The notes: generated by a model not told the origin, from the letters alone. DNA of 64,000 nt from an uncultured Gemmatimonadales bacterium (GCA_963708135.1 OY970192.1:2240001-2304000); one strand, 5' to 3'; shown: positions 17,642-26,817, numbered from the stretch's first letter. Translations and numbers: made by a program.

Positions 17642-19150
17642 TCAGTCCCGCGGCGGACCCGGCCGGATCATCAGCCACGACGCCAGCGCGCCCGCGCCTG
17701 CCAGCAGGCCGGCGAGGAGCGCGACCTGCCGGAACCCGTGCACGAAGGAGGTGTGGACCACCGCCTCGACGCCGGCACGCGAGCCCGTACCCGACGGTAC
17801 GCCCAGGTCGAGCAGATCCGCGCTCCGCGCCAGCAGCATCGCGCGCACCGCCGCGGGAACGCGCGTCGCCCCGGCAATGCCGGTGCGAAAGCCGTGCAGC
17901 ATCACCACGCCGGACACCGCCACCGCGACGACCGAAGCCGCCCGCGCGACGGCGTTGTTCACGCCGGAGGCCACGCCGGCATGGCGTTCCTCGACGGCGC
18001 CCATCACGGTCGTCGTGAGCGGCGCGACGCTCACGGCCATGCCCAGGCTCATGACCATGATGCAGGGGAAGAAGCTGCTCCAGTAGCTGCCCGCGTGCGC
18101 GGACGGCAGCGCGAAGGAGGCGAAGCCCGCGCCGGCGACGAGCGGCCCACTCGCGAGCGGCAATCGTGAGCCGTAGCGCGCCACCAGCCCACCGGCCCAG
18201 CGCGAGAGCAGGAACATGGTGAGCACGAACGGTAGCAGCGCCGCGCCCGCCTGCAGCGGAGTGTACCCCTGCACCTGGATGAGATCGAACGGGAGGAAGA
18301 ACAGCACACCGCCCAGGGCGGCGTATAGGAACAGCGTGAGCAGATTGGCGCCCGCGAAGGTGGTGGAGCGGAACAGCTCGAGGGGCATCATCGGCGCCGG
18401 CCGACGGCTCTCCACGAGCAGAAAGGCCGCCAGCAGGGCGACGCCGGCCCCGAGCGTGACCGGCAGGAAGACGCCGCTCGCCGCGTGCCGATTCGACTCG
18501 ACCAGCCCGAAGACGATCGCTCCCAGCCCGAGCGTCGCCAGCGCCGCGCCGGGCCAGTCGATCCGGCCGTGCGCCTGCTCGTCGCGGCTCTCCGGCACGT
18601 GCCGCCACGTGATCAGCACCACGGCGACCGCGAGTGGCAGGTTGATGAAGAAGATCCAGCGCCAGGAGAAGCGCTGGATCAGCCAGCCGCCGAGCACCGG
18701 GCCGGCCCCCGCCGCCATCGCCGTGACGCCGGACCACGTCCCGAACGCCCGTCCGCGCTCCCCGGGGCCGAAGCTCGCGCTGATCAGCGCGAGGCTGCCC
18801 GGCACCAGCAGCGCGGCGCCGACGCCCTGGACGGCGCGCGCGACGATCAGCTCGGCGGTCCCGCCCGAGAGCCCGCACCACGCGGATGCCGCGGCGAACA
18901 GCACGACGCCCGCCGAGAAGACGCGCTTGCGGCCCAGCCGATCGCCCAGCGCGCCGCCCACGAGGATCAGCGCGGCCAGCATGAGCGCGTAGGCCTCGAC
19001 GATCCACTGCGCGGCCACGACACTGGCGTGCAGACGCTGTTGCAGCACGGGCAGCGCCACGTTGACGACCGTGCCGTCGATGAACGTGATGCTGGAGCCG
19101 AGGATCGCCGCGCTCAGGACCCAGCGGCGCGAGCCGGTGCGGGTAGGCAT
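17642..19150 (-). CDS. MFS drug:H+ antiporter (DHA2, 14 TMS)
   Basis: FIDGTVVNVALP, GALGDRLGRKR, ARAVQGVGAA, WRWIFFINLP, ASGVNNAVAR. Confidence 0.93.
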   Translation of the reverse strand: MPTRTGSRRWVLSAAILGSSITFIDGTVVNVALPVLQQRLHASVVAAQWIVEAYALMLAALILVGGALGDRLGRKRVFSAGVVLFAAASAWCGLSGGTAELIVARAVQGVGAALLVPGSLALISASFGPGERGRAFGTWSGVTAMAAGAGPVLGGWLIQRFSWRWIFFINLPLAVAVVLITWRHVPESRDEQAHGRIDWPGAALATLGLGAIVFGLVESNRHAASGVFLPVTLGAGVALLAAFLLVESRRPAPMMPLELFRSTTFAGANLLTLFLYAALGGVLFFLPFDLIQVQGYTPLQAGAALLPFVLTMFLLSRWAGGLVARYGSRLPLASGPLVAGAGFASFALPSAHAGSYWSSFFPCIMVMSLGMAVSVAPLTTTVMGAVEERHAGVASGVNNAVARAASVVAVAVSGVVMLHGFRTGIAGATRVPAAVRAMLLARSADLLDLGVPSGTGSRAGVEAVVHTSFVHGFRQVALLAGLLAGAGALASWLMIRPGPPRD

Positions 19151-19214
19151 CCCGACAAGCTACCTCCGCAGCGCCGGCCGCGCGCATACCGCCCTTTGCC
19201 GCGCAGCGCGGCCG

Positions 19215-21410
19215 CTACTCCCTCCGTACTCCTCTCCTGGCCATCGGCAGCTGCCGCACGCGCACGCCGCTCGCCGCCGCGATGGCCGCGCCGATGGCGG
19301 GTGCCAGCGCGATGAGCGGGGTCTCCCCGGCGCCCACGGAGGGCTGGTCCTTGCGGTCGAGCAGCACCGCCTCGACCACGGGCGTGTCCTTGAAGCGTGG
19401 CACGCGGTACGCCGAGAGCCGGTCCGTGTGGATCACGCCGTCGTCGAAGTCGATCTGCTCGAACAGCGCGCCGCCCAGCCCCTGGATGTTGGCGCCCACG
19501 ATCTGGTTCTCGAGGTTGTCGGGGTTGACCACGGCCCCGCAGTCGAACGCCGTGACCACGCGGTGGACGCGGACCTCGCCATCGTCGCCTGCGGAGACGT
19601 CCGCGCACGTGGCGACGTAACCACCCTTCTCGAAGCCGCACGCGATGCCGTGGCCGCGGCCCGGCGCCGCCTTCGCGCCGCCCCAGCCGAAGCGCTCCGC
19701 GGCCGCGTGCAGCGCCGCCTTCAGGCGCGGGTCCGAGAGGTTGCGCAGCCGCAGCTCGAGCGGATCGAGTCCCACCATTCCGGCCAGCTCGTCCAGGTGC
19801 ATCTCGCGCGCGAAGTTGTTGGCCGTGGCGGCCAGCGCGCGGTAGGAGCCCTGCCGGAACGGCGAGTCGCTCGCGTGGAACGCCAGCCGGCGGTTCGGCA
19901 CCGTGTAGATCGAGCGGATCCCGGCGGCGCCCGAGTTGTAGTTGTCGAGCTCCCAGGAGGTGAGCGTGCCGTCCTTCGCGATCCCGGCGGCGACATCGAT
20001 CACGCCCGCGGGCCGGAAGTAGGCCCAGCGGAACTCCTCCTCGCGCGTCCAGGCCACCTTGACCGGCGCGCCGGCCGCCTTCGCGAGCGTGGCCGCCTCG
20101 ATGGCGCACTCGCCGGTGTGCTTGCCGCCGTAGCCGGAGCCCATGTCCGGCATGCGCACGCGCACCTTCTCCTTCGGCAGTCCGAGGGCCGCGCACAGCT
20201 CCTCCTGCACGCCGAACGGCCGCTGTGTCCCCGTCCACACCGTCAGCTTGCCGCTCGTGTCCCAGCGCGCCACGGCCGCGCGCGGCTCGAGTGGCACGTG
20301 CGCGATGTAGGCCACCGTATAGGTCCGCTCCAGCACGTGGTCCGCCGCCTTCCTCCCGCTGGCGACGTCGCCCTCCTCGAACCCGCCGGGCCCGCCGAAC
20401 TCCCCGCGCCGTGGCGCCTCCTTCGGCCGCGTCCTGCGCAGGTAGTCGAAGAGCTCCTTCTGCGAGGGCTGCGGCGTGCGCGTCCAGGCGGCATCGAGCG
20501 CGGAGAGGGCGCGCGCCGCCTCCGGCATCGATGCCGCCGCGACGCCGACCAGCTCGCCCTCGTGCACCACCGTCACGTTCGGCAGCCGCGAGGCGGCCGA
20601 GGCGTCGAGCCGCTCGAGTCGGGCACCGGCCGCGGGCGCGCGCAGCACCTTCCCGATGAGCATGCCGGGCAGCTTCATGTCCCACGGGTAGCGGTGCTTC
20701 CCCGTCACCACGTCGCGCCCCGTCGTCCGGTCCAGCGAGGTGCCCGCCACGCGCCACGCCGACGCGGGCGTGAGCGGCGCGTCGTCGCGCACGGTCTCGG
20801 TGAGCTTTCGTCCCGCCGTCAGCTCGCCGTAGCCGAGCGAGCGCGAGCCCTTCCCGTCCACCACCCTGCCGTCCTCCGCGGCGAGCCCCTCGCGCGCCGC
20901 GCCCCAGCGCTCCGCGGCCAGCCCAACGAGCACCTCCCGGGCGGCCGCCGCGGCCTTGCGCAGCTGCGTGCCCATCTGCGGGGTGGAGCGGCTGCCGAAC
21001 GTGCCCATGTCGAACGGCGTCAGGTCCGTGTCCCCCATGACGAGGCGGATCCCGGACACCGGCACGCGCAGCTCCTCCGCCACCTCCTGCGCGAGCGAGG
21101 TGCGGATCCCCTGCCCGATCTCGACCTTCCCCGTGTAGACGGTGACGGCGCCGTCCTCCCCGATGTGGAGCCAGGCGCTGATCAGCTCGGGCGGCGCTTC
21201 GCTCCCGCCCCAGCCGCTCTCCAGCGCCACCCCCATCGAGCGCGGCGCGCCGAACAGGTCCCGCGTGACGAAGACCACCACCAGGCCGCCCCCGAGGACC
21301 TTGAGGAACGCCCGCCGTGTGGTCGTCCCGGCCCCGTGCAGCTCCACCTCCCGCAGCTCGTAGCGCTCCGGCTCGAGCGTGTCGAGCGGCTGGCGCGTAT
21401 CCGTGCTCAT
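19215..21410 (-). CDS. Xanthine oxidase-family molybdopterin subunit (IorB-like) with twin-arginine motif
   Basis: TTRRAFLK, GKVEIGQGIRT, GDTDLTP.DMGTFGSRST, HVPLEP, GSGYGGK, AFDCGAVVNP, GAGETP. Confidence 0.9.
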   Translation of the reverse strand: MSTDTRQPLDTLEPERYELREVELHGAGTTTRRAFLKVLGGGLVVVFVTRDLFGAPRSMGVALESGWGGSEAPPELISAWLHIGEDGAVTVYTGKVEIGQGIRTSLAQEVAEELRVPVSGIRLVMGDTDLTPFDMGTFGSRSTPQMGTQLRKAAAAAREVLVGLAAERWGAAREGLAAEDGRVVDGKGSRSLGYGELTAGRKLTETVRDDAPLTPASAWRVAGTSLDRTTGRDVVTGKHRYPWDMKLPGMLIGKVLRAPAAGARLERLDASAASRLPNVTVVHEGELVGVAAASMPEAARALSALDAAWTRTPQPSQKELFDYLRRTRPKEAPRRGEFGGPGGFEEGDVASGRKAADHVLERTYTVAYIAHVPLEPRAAVARWDTSGKLTVWTGTQRPFGVQEELCAALGLPKEKVRVRMPDMGSGYGGKHTGECAIEAATLAKAAGAPVKVAWTREEEFRWAYFRPAGVIDVAAGIAKDGTLTSWELDNYNSGAAGIRSIYTVPNRRLAFHASDSPFRQGSYRALAATANNFAREMHLDELAGMVGLDPLELRLRNLSDPRLKAALHAAAERFGWGGAKAAPGRGHGIACGFEKGGYVATCADVSAGDDGEVRVHRVVTAFDCGAVVNPDNLENQIVGANIQGLGGALFEQIDFDDGVIHTDRLSAYRVPRFKDTPVVEAVLLDRKDQPSVGAGETPLIALAPAIGAAIAAASGVRVRQLPMARRGVRRE

Positions 21411-21892
21411 CGCCCGACCCCCTCCCCCGCCGCGCTCTTGCCGGCCGCCGCCCGACGGATCGCCTTCACCACCCGCGGATAGGTGCCGCAGCGGCATACG
21501 TGGCCGTTCATCCCCTCGATGATCTCCGCCTCGCTCGGGTCCGCCTTGGCCGAGAGCAGCCCCACGGCGCCCATGATCATCCCGGTCGTGCAGTAGCCGC
21601 ACTGGAGCGCCTGTTCCGCCAGGAAGGCCTCCTGCACCGGGTGCAGCCTGCCGTCCCGCTCCAGTCCCTCTACCGTGGTCACCTTCTTCCACGCCGCGCC
21701 CGAGACGGGCGTGATGCAGGAGTGCACCGCGCGCCCGTCCAGCAGCACCGTGCACGCGGCGCACTGCCCCTCCCCGCACCCGTACTTGGCTCCGGTCAGG
21801 TCCAGCTCGTTGCGCAGGACATCCAGCAGGCTCCGGCCCGGATCCACGTCCAGGCGGTGCTTCGTGCCGTTGACTTCCAGCTCGATCGCCAT
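21407..21892 (-). CDS. 2x[2Fe-2S] subunit (IorA/CoxS-like)
   Basis: GAKYGCGEGQCAACTV, QCGYCTTG, CRCGTY; ATGA overlap with the Mo subunit. Confidence 0.95.
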   Translation of the reverse strand: MAIELEVNGTKHRLDVDPGRSLLDVLRNELDLTGAKYGCGEGQCAACTVLLDGRAVHSCITPVSGAAWKKVTTVEGLERDGRLHPVQEAFLAEQALQCGYCTTGMIMGAVGLLSAKADPSEAEIIEGMNGHVCRCGTYPRVVKAIRRAAAGKSAAGEGVGR

Positions 21893-21952
21893 GGCCCTTC
21901 ATCCGGTGTGAGGAGGGAGACGCGCGGAGGCGGCGCCGCGGGCGCGCGCGGA

Positions 21953-21978
21953 GGGTATTTCCTGAGAGTAAAATACCC
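21953..21978. promoter_or_regulatory. AT-rich inverted repeat upstream of the iorAB-like operon
   Basis: GGGTATTT-N10-AAATACCC in otherwise very GC-rich DNA. Confidence 0.45.
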
Positions 21979-22026
21979 CCGCCGCACTGTCCATGCACCG
22001 AGCCCCGGCGTTCGAGGTCAGGGGCT

Positions 22027-22118
22027 CCCGAGCCCCGAGCCCCGATCGCGTGGCTCGCTCAGCCGCCGCGCTGCCTCCGTTCGCTCCGTTCCTCCGTTCG
22101 CTCCGTTCCTCCGTTCCC
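22027..22118. repeat. Short tandem repeats (CCCGAGC heptamer; CTCCGTTC/CTCCGTTCG units)
   Basis: CCCGAGC x2.7 at 22027-22045. Five CTCCGTTC(G) units at 22075-22118 overlap the end of the peptidase ORF. Confidence 0.75.
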
Positions 22119-24725
22119 TCGGCGCGCAACGCGCGCCGCCCGGAACAGCTCGTCGGCGGACTGCAGCACGATACCCCGCAGCCGCGGTGGGTAGTCGGGG
22201 TGCTCGCGCAGAAACGCGCGCACCACCTGCGCGGCGGCCGGCGAGCTGTGCCCGTCCAGCGTCGCGTCGAGCCAGCGCTTGGGGAAGAAGATGTCGCCGG
22301 TGCGCCGGATCTCCTCGAGCATGTCCAGCGCCGGGCGGATGTACTGCTCCGATTGCCGCGCCCGCAGCGGGTGGTTCAGGTACGCGAGCCCCTCGAGCAC
22401 CCACGGCTCGTGGCGCCGGTTGGCGGGATCGCGCAGCCGCTGGAAGAAGGAGTCGCGCACGGCCGGATCGGCGTCGAGCGCCGGCATGACGAAGGCGAAG
22501 CGCGCCTTCCGGTCGGGGTTCGTGATGCGCCCGAGCTCCGTCTCCAGGATGGCGCGCCAGCCCGGCGCCTCGCGCACCGCGAGGTCCAGCGCCAGCTGGG
22601 TCTCGTCCCGTTCCGAGAGGGGCAGGCCGGGCACGGAGTCCCGCCGCTCGAAGAGCCGCGTGAGCCGCGCGACGTCCGGCGGCGCCAGCGCCAGCGAGCG
22701 ATAGGCGGAGAAGTAGACCGACTTGAGCGACGTGGTCGGCGCCGCCTCGAGCTCGTGCCAGAGCGCCGGCTCGAACGACGTCGAGAGCGCGGCCCGATCC
22801 GACGCCGGCGCGAAGTGCCAGAAGGCATCCGTGACGTAGCCGAAGATGCGCTGCGCCTCGAGCTCCTCCGGCGTGCCGGCCATGAGCGCGTGCATGGCGC
22901 CGTGCAGGAACGTCCCCGCGTCCAGCTTCCCCTCCAGGACGGCGTCCCACAGCCCGATCCACGCGGCGCCCCGGAGCACCGGGTCGGGGAGCTCCGCGAC
23001 GTGCGCGATCAGGTAGCGGCGGCTCGCGGGGTCCAGGTCGAAGAAGCCGTAGCCCACGCCCTTCCCGTTCGGCACCACCCAGCGCGGGGCTGAAAGCCCC
23101 ACCGCCGCCGGCACCTCCACGCTCGCCGAGTCCAGCTGCACCGGCAGGTAGCGGACGCCGCCGTCCGTCCCGAGCGCGACCTCGAGCCGCTGCGGCCAGA
23201 GCAGCCCGCGCCCGAGGGGGTCGCGCTGCGTCAGCCGGAGCGAGGCGACGCGCCCGTCCGCGCCCGTGTCGAGCGAGAGCGTGACGTGCGGCCGCCCCGG
23301 CTCCTCGACCCAGCTGTGGCTCCACGCCTCCAGATCGAGCGGCGTGGCCCCGTCCAGGATGTGGATCAGGTCGGGCCAGGAGGCGTTGCCGTAGGCGTAG
23401 CGGTGCAGATACGTCCGCAGCCCGTCCCGGAACGCGGTGTCGCCGACCAGCGACTCCAGCTGCTTCATCACGATCGGCGCCTTCTCGTAGATGATCGAGC
23501 CGTACAGGCTGCCCGCCTCGTTCAGGTTCTCCAGCGGCTGCCGGATCGGGTTCGCGCCCGCCGTGCGGTCCACGGCGTACGCGGCCGGGTAGTGGGCGAG
23601 CAGGAAGCGCAGCGCGTGGTTCACCTGCGGAAAGGAGGGATTCACGATCTTGGCGGCCATGAAGTTGGCGAAGACCTCCTTCATCCACACGTCGTTGAAC
23701 CAGCGCATGGTCACCAGGTCACCGAACCACATGTGCGTGGTCTCGTGCGCGATCACGCTCGCCCGGCCCAGCTTCTGGTTCTGCGTGGCCGAGCGGTCCA
23801 GCATCAGGCTCGAGGCGTTGTAGAGGATCGCGCCAGCGTGTTCCATCCCGCCGAACTGGAACGAGGGGATCAGGACGAAGTCCAGCTTGTCGAACGGGTA
23901 CTTCATCCCCGTGTAGCGCTCCAGCCAGCGCAGCGAGGCCGCCTCCAGATCGAAGATCGAGTCCCGATTGGCCGCCACCTTGGCCGTGTCCGTCTCGCGG
24001 TGGTACATGTGGAAGGTGCGCCCATCCCGCACCGCCGTCTCCACCTTCCAGTTGCCCGCCACGAACGCGAACAGGTACGTCGGCAGCGGCTTCGTCTCCG
24101 CGAAATGGAGCGTGGCCCGGCCGCCGGAGACTTCGCGCGAGGCGACGGGGGCGTTGGCCACCGCCTTCCACGCCGCCGGGATCGTCAGTGTGAGCGTCCA
24201 GCGCGCCTTCAGGTCCGGCTGGTCGAAGCACGGCAGCGCCACCGACGCGCGGTCCGGCACGAAGAGGGTGTAGAGGTAGTCGGGATTGCGGTTCAGCGAG
24301 CCGTCGCCGGCGAGGAAGCGGATCTCGAGGGCGTGCGGCCCTTCGGCCAGCGCGTCCGCCGCGATCACGAGGTGCCCGTTCACGGACTCGAAGGCCGCCG
24401 GCCGGCCGTCCACGGCCAGGGACAGCACCGCCGCGCGCGGCTCCTTGAAGTCCAGCACCAGCGGCCGCCCGGCCCGCGCGAGCCGGAACCGGATCGTCTC
24501 GCGGCCGCGGATCCGCTCCTCCCGCCGCGCGGGGATCTGCATGACGACGTCGTAGCGCAGCTCCCGGAGCGCCGCCGCCCGCTCCGCCGCCAGCGCCCGC
24601 GTCACACCCGACTCCGGCAGCTTCGACGGCCGGGGACCGGGCCGCACCGCGCCCGCCGGGGCCGCGGCCGCGAGCAGGGAGAGCGCGCCCGCCGCGAGGC
24701 GGGAGAGGAGAGCCGTCGCATTCAT
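22059..24725 (-). CDS. M1-family zinc aminopeptidase (PepN-like, ERAP1-like C-terminus), secreted
   Basis: N-terminal signal peptide; PCFDQPDLKA, GGMEH, HETTHMWFGDLVTM.W..VWMKE (HEXXH-x18-E), IYEKA. Confidence 0.93.
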   Translation of the reverse strand: MNATALLSRLAAGALSLLAAAAPAGAVRPGPRPSKLPESGVTRALAAERAAALRELRYDVVMQIPARREERIRGRETIRFRLARAGRPLVLDFKEPRAAVLSLAVDGRPAAFESVNGHLVIAADALAEGPHALEIRFLAGDGSLNRNPDYLYTLFVPDRASVALPCFDQPDLKARWTLTLTIPAAWKAVANAPVASREVSGGRATLHFAETKPLPTYLFAFVAGNWKVETAVRDGRTFHMYHRETDTAKVAANRDSIFDLEAASLRWLERYTGMKYPFDKLDFVLIPSFQFGGMEHAGAILYNASSLMLDRSATQNQKLGRASVIAHETTHMWFGDLVTMRWFNDVWMKEVFANFMAAKIVNPSFPQVNHALRFLLAHYPAAYAVDRTAGANPIRQPLENLNEAGSLYGSIIYEKAPIVMKQLESLVGDTAFRDGLRTYLHRYAYGNASWPDLIHILDGATPLDLEAWSHSWVEEPGRPHVTLSLDTGADGRVASLRLTQRDPLGRGLLWPQRLEVALGTDGGVRYLPVQLDSASVEVPAAVGLSAPRWVVPNGKGVGYGFFDLDPASRRYLIAHVAELPDPVLRGAAWIGLWDAVLEGKLDAGTFLHGAMHALMAGTPEELEAQRIFGYVTDAFWHFAPASDRAALSTSFEPALWHELEAAPTTSLKSVYFSAYRSLALAPPDVARLTRLFERRDSVPGLPLSERDETQLALDLAVREAPGWRAILETELGRITNPDRKARFAFVMPALDADPAVRDSFFQRLRDPANRRHEPWVLEGLAYLNHPLRARQSEQYIRPALDMLEEIRRTGDIFFPKRWLDATLDGHSSPAAAQVVRAFLREHPDYPPRLRGIVLQSADELFRAARVARRGNGGTERTEERSERRQRGG

Positions 24726-24754
24726 CGCGGAGTCCGTCCGGGGTTCTCGCCGCC

Positions 24755-25069
24755 TCAGTCCGCCTCCTCCTCCGCCTCCTCGCCGTGCTCCACAATGTCG
24801 CCTTCCTGGAACAGGATCCCCTGCGCGATCTCACGCCACTGCGGCTTGCGGCGCAGCAGGAACTCGAGGTCCATGGAAAAGTGCTTGTACTCCTCCTTCT
24901 GCGCGTCGCGCATGATGGCCGCCGCCGCCGTATTCCTCTCCACGGCCAGCCGCTGCTCGTACCAGTCGATCGCCTGCGCCTCCTCGATCAGCGAGAGCAC
25001 CATCCGCGCGAAGGTGCGCGTCTCCTGCGGCAGCTCGTTCGGCGGCTCGTGGTACTGGTCGAATCCCAT
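24755..25069 (-). CDS. Encapsulated-ferritin-like (EncFtn/Flp) protein
   Basis: YHEP..EL..ET, SLIEEAQAIDWYEQR, EEYKHFSM.LEFL.R...W.....LF.EG.I pattern; 104 aa. Confidence 0.82.
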   Translation of the reverse strand: MGFDQYHEPPNELPQETRTFARMVLSLIEEAQAIDWYEQRLAVERNTAAAAIMRDAQKEEYKHFSMDLEFLLRRKPQWREIAQGILFQEGDIVEHGEEAEEEAD

Positions 25070-25111
25070 GCCCTTCCCCTCCGATCCGGTGTCGTTTGTC
25101 GATCATCGGGC

Positions 25112-25127
25112 CGCACGCCACATGCCG
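25112..25127 (-). promoter_or_regulatory. sigma54-like -24/-12 motif upstream of the ferritin-like gene
   Basis: Minus strand CGGCATG-TGGC-GTGCG (GG-N10-GC). Confidence 0.4.
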
Positions 25128-25217
25128 CGCGCCGCCCGGATGCGCGCCGCCCCGCGGCCGATCCTGCGGTCGCGGGGCGTCCGGCGCAAGGCCGCTGCGT
25201 GACCTCGTGAACGCCTG

Positions 25218-25874
25218 CTAGCGCCTGAGCGCGATCGCCATCCGCCCGCTCAGCGCAAGGCCGGTGATCAGGATCGCCGCGCCCACGGCCAGCAGCGCGA
25301 CCAGCGTCAGCGTCATGGGATCGAACCCGATCAGCGCCAGGATCCCCAGCACCGCGCTGCCCAGGCCGACCAGGATCTGCGCGCCCGCCGCGCTCCGCAC
25401 CGCCTCGTAGGCCGCCCGCTGGTAGCCCTCGCTCATGTCCGGCCACGCGCCCCGCATCATGTCCAGCCGGGCCGTGATCCCGCTCCCCAGGACCAGCGCC
25501 ACCCCGAACACGATCGCCGCGGAGGCCAGCAGGATCAGCGGACGGACCCCCACCAGCGCCAGGATGCCGAGCGCGATCCCCGCCACGCCGCCGAGGAACT
25601 CCGCGCTGATGCTGCTCAGCAGCGCAGTCCGCCCCAGCTCGCCACCCGCCGCCCGCGTCAGCACCCGCTGGTACCTCGCCCCGATGGAGCCTCCTTCGAT
25701 GGCCAGAGCGGCCCCGATCGCGATCGTCGAGATCGGCGCCGCGAGGTAGGGCAGCACACCGATCAAGCCGAGGATCGCCAGCACCACCGCCGCCGCGCCT
25801 CCGATCGATTCCGCCGCCGAGCCTCCGGCCATGAGCTGCAGTGTCTCGTCTCTCCCTGGCATCGCGGTCAACAT
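25218..25874 (-). CDS. Hypothetical 6-TM membrane protein made of three internal repeats
   Basis: ATG at 25874 follows GAGGAGG; three copies of A(E/Q)xxxGxxxxxLxILxLxG..P. Confidence 0.8.
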   Translation of the reverse strand: MLTAMPGRDETLQLMAGGSAAESIGGAAAVVLAILGLIGVLPYLAAPISTIAIGAALAIEGGSIGARYQRVLTRAAGGELGRTALLSSISAEFLGGVAGIALGILALVGVRPLILLASAAIVFGVALVLGSGITARLDMMRGAWPDMSEGYQRAAYEAVRSAAGAQILVGLGSAVLGILALIGFDPMTLTLVALLAVGAAILITGLALSGRMAIALRR

Positions 25875-25898
25875 GCGTCCTCCTCGCTCCCATTTACG

Positions 25899-25932
25899 AA
25901 AATCCGGGCCGTGTCCAGAGAACACGGCCCGG
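25899..25932 (-). terminator. Intrinsic terminator-like hairpin
   Basis: 11-bp perfect stem CCGGGCCGTGT/ACACGGCCCGG with a 7-nt loop, followed by ATTTT on the minus strand. Confidence 0.55.
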
Positions 25933-25982
25933 CCTCCTCACCAGCCGCGAGGCTGGTTGTACCCACACATCGAAGTCATTTC

Positions 25983-25998
25983 CGCATAATGCGTTCCG
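25983..25998 (-). promoter_or_regulatory. sigma54-like -24/-12 motif
   Basis: Minus strand CGGAACG-CATT-ATGCG. Confidence 0.4.
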
Positions 25999-26026
25999 GA
26001 AAGCGACGCAGTCCGCCGCCACCCTC

Positions 26027-26506
26027 TCACCCGCCCGTGCCCACCTGCCGCTCCCCCGAGCCGCCCTTCACCGAGATCCGCCGCGGCTTCGCCTCCTCCG
26101 TCTTCGGCAGCTTCACCGTCAGCACGCCGTTGTCGTAGCGTGCGTCCACGCGCTCCGTGTCCACCGTCCGGGGCAGCATGAAGCTGCGCTCGAACCGGCC
26201 GTAGCGGCGCTCCAGCAGCCGGTAGTCGTCCTCCGATTCGCCTTCCCGCCGCTCCATCTTCTTCTCCCCCGCCACCGTCAGCACGTTGTTCTCCAGCGTG
26301 ATGTCGATGTCCTCGGGCTTTAGCCCCGGCGCCTCGATCATGAAGCGCACCTCCTCCCCCGTGTCCACCACCTCCGCCGGCATGCTCCAGCTGTCCGAGC
26401 GCCCGGGCACGCCCCCCTCGTTCAGCAGCCGATCCACCTCGCGCCGCACGTCGTAGAGCGCGTCGAAGGGTGAGACCGCACCGCTCAGCCGCCGGATGAT
26501 TGGCAT
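26027..26506 (-). CDS. Hsp20/alpha-crystallin small heat shock protein
   Basis: EAPGLKPEDIDITLENNVLTVAGEK, ERRYGRFERSFMLP, ARYDNGVLTVKLPK; AAAGGAG RBS. Confidence 0.96.
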   Translation of the reverse strand: MPIIRRLSGAVSPFDALYDVRREVDRLLNEGGVPGRSDSWSMPAEVVDTGEEVRFMIEAPGLKPEDIDITLENNVLTVAGEKKMERREGESEDDYRLLERRYGRFERSFMLPRTVDTERVDARYDNGVLTVKLPKTEEAKPRRISVKGGSGERQVGTGG

Positions 26507-26604
26507 GACTGGCTCCTTTCACTCTGGGTTCCGGGATCGGCGGGAGCCTGTCGCGCGGCGAATCCGCGCCGCCGCACCGCTCCTCGCCTCAACCCGTCGG
26601 GAGG

Positions 26605-26621
26605 CGCATTGCACGTGCCAG
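26605..26621 (-). promoter_or_regulatory. sigma54-like -24/-12 motif upstream of hsp20
   Basis: Minus strand CTGGCACG-TGCA-ATGCG versus consensus YTGGCACG-N4-TTGCW. Confidence 0.55.
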
Positions 26622-26782
26622 CCGTGACCTGCCGCGGCGGCAATTCTCGCTGCACATCTGGCAGCCGCCGAGCCTCGTTCCCGCATTTCCGGCCGAGTGC
26701 CGGCCGTGAGGCGACGGTCCGTCCCTAAGGCGGGCGCTCCGCCGCCCACCGACAGCCCCGCTCCTACTGCGGCCGGGGATGG

Positions 26783-26817
26783 AAAACGGGCTCGGCGCCC
26801 GAAGCGCCGAACCCGTT
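26783..26817 (-). terminator. Intrinsic terminator after tRNA-Met
   Basis: Minus strand AACGGGTTCGGCGC-TTCGG-GCGCCGAGCCCGTT-TT. Confidence 0.7.

Noticed and set aside
19215..21998. 927-aa fusion ORF, and other apparent N-terminal extensions (e.g. 14244, 32647, 39864, 47291, 57293)
   Set aside because: The extensions overlap upstream genes in another frame; downstream starts with RBS or stop/start overlap fit the family lengths.
25938..25979. Tiny uORF MTSMCGYNQPRGW upstream of the three-repeat membrane protein
   Set aside because: No Shine-Dalgarno sequence and no distinctive codon content; cannot be supported from sequence alone.
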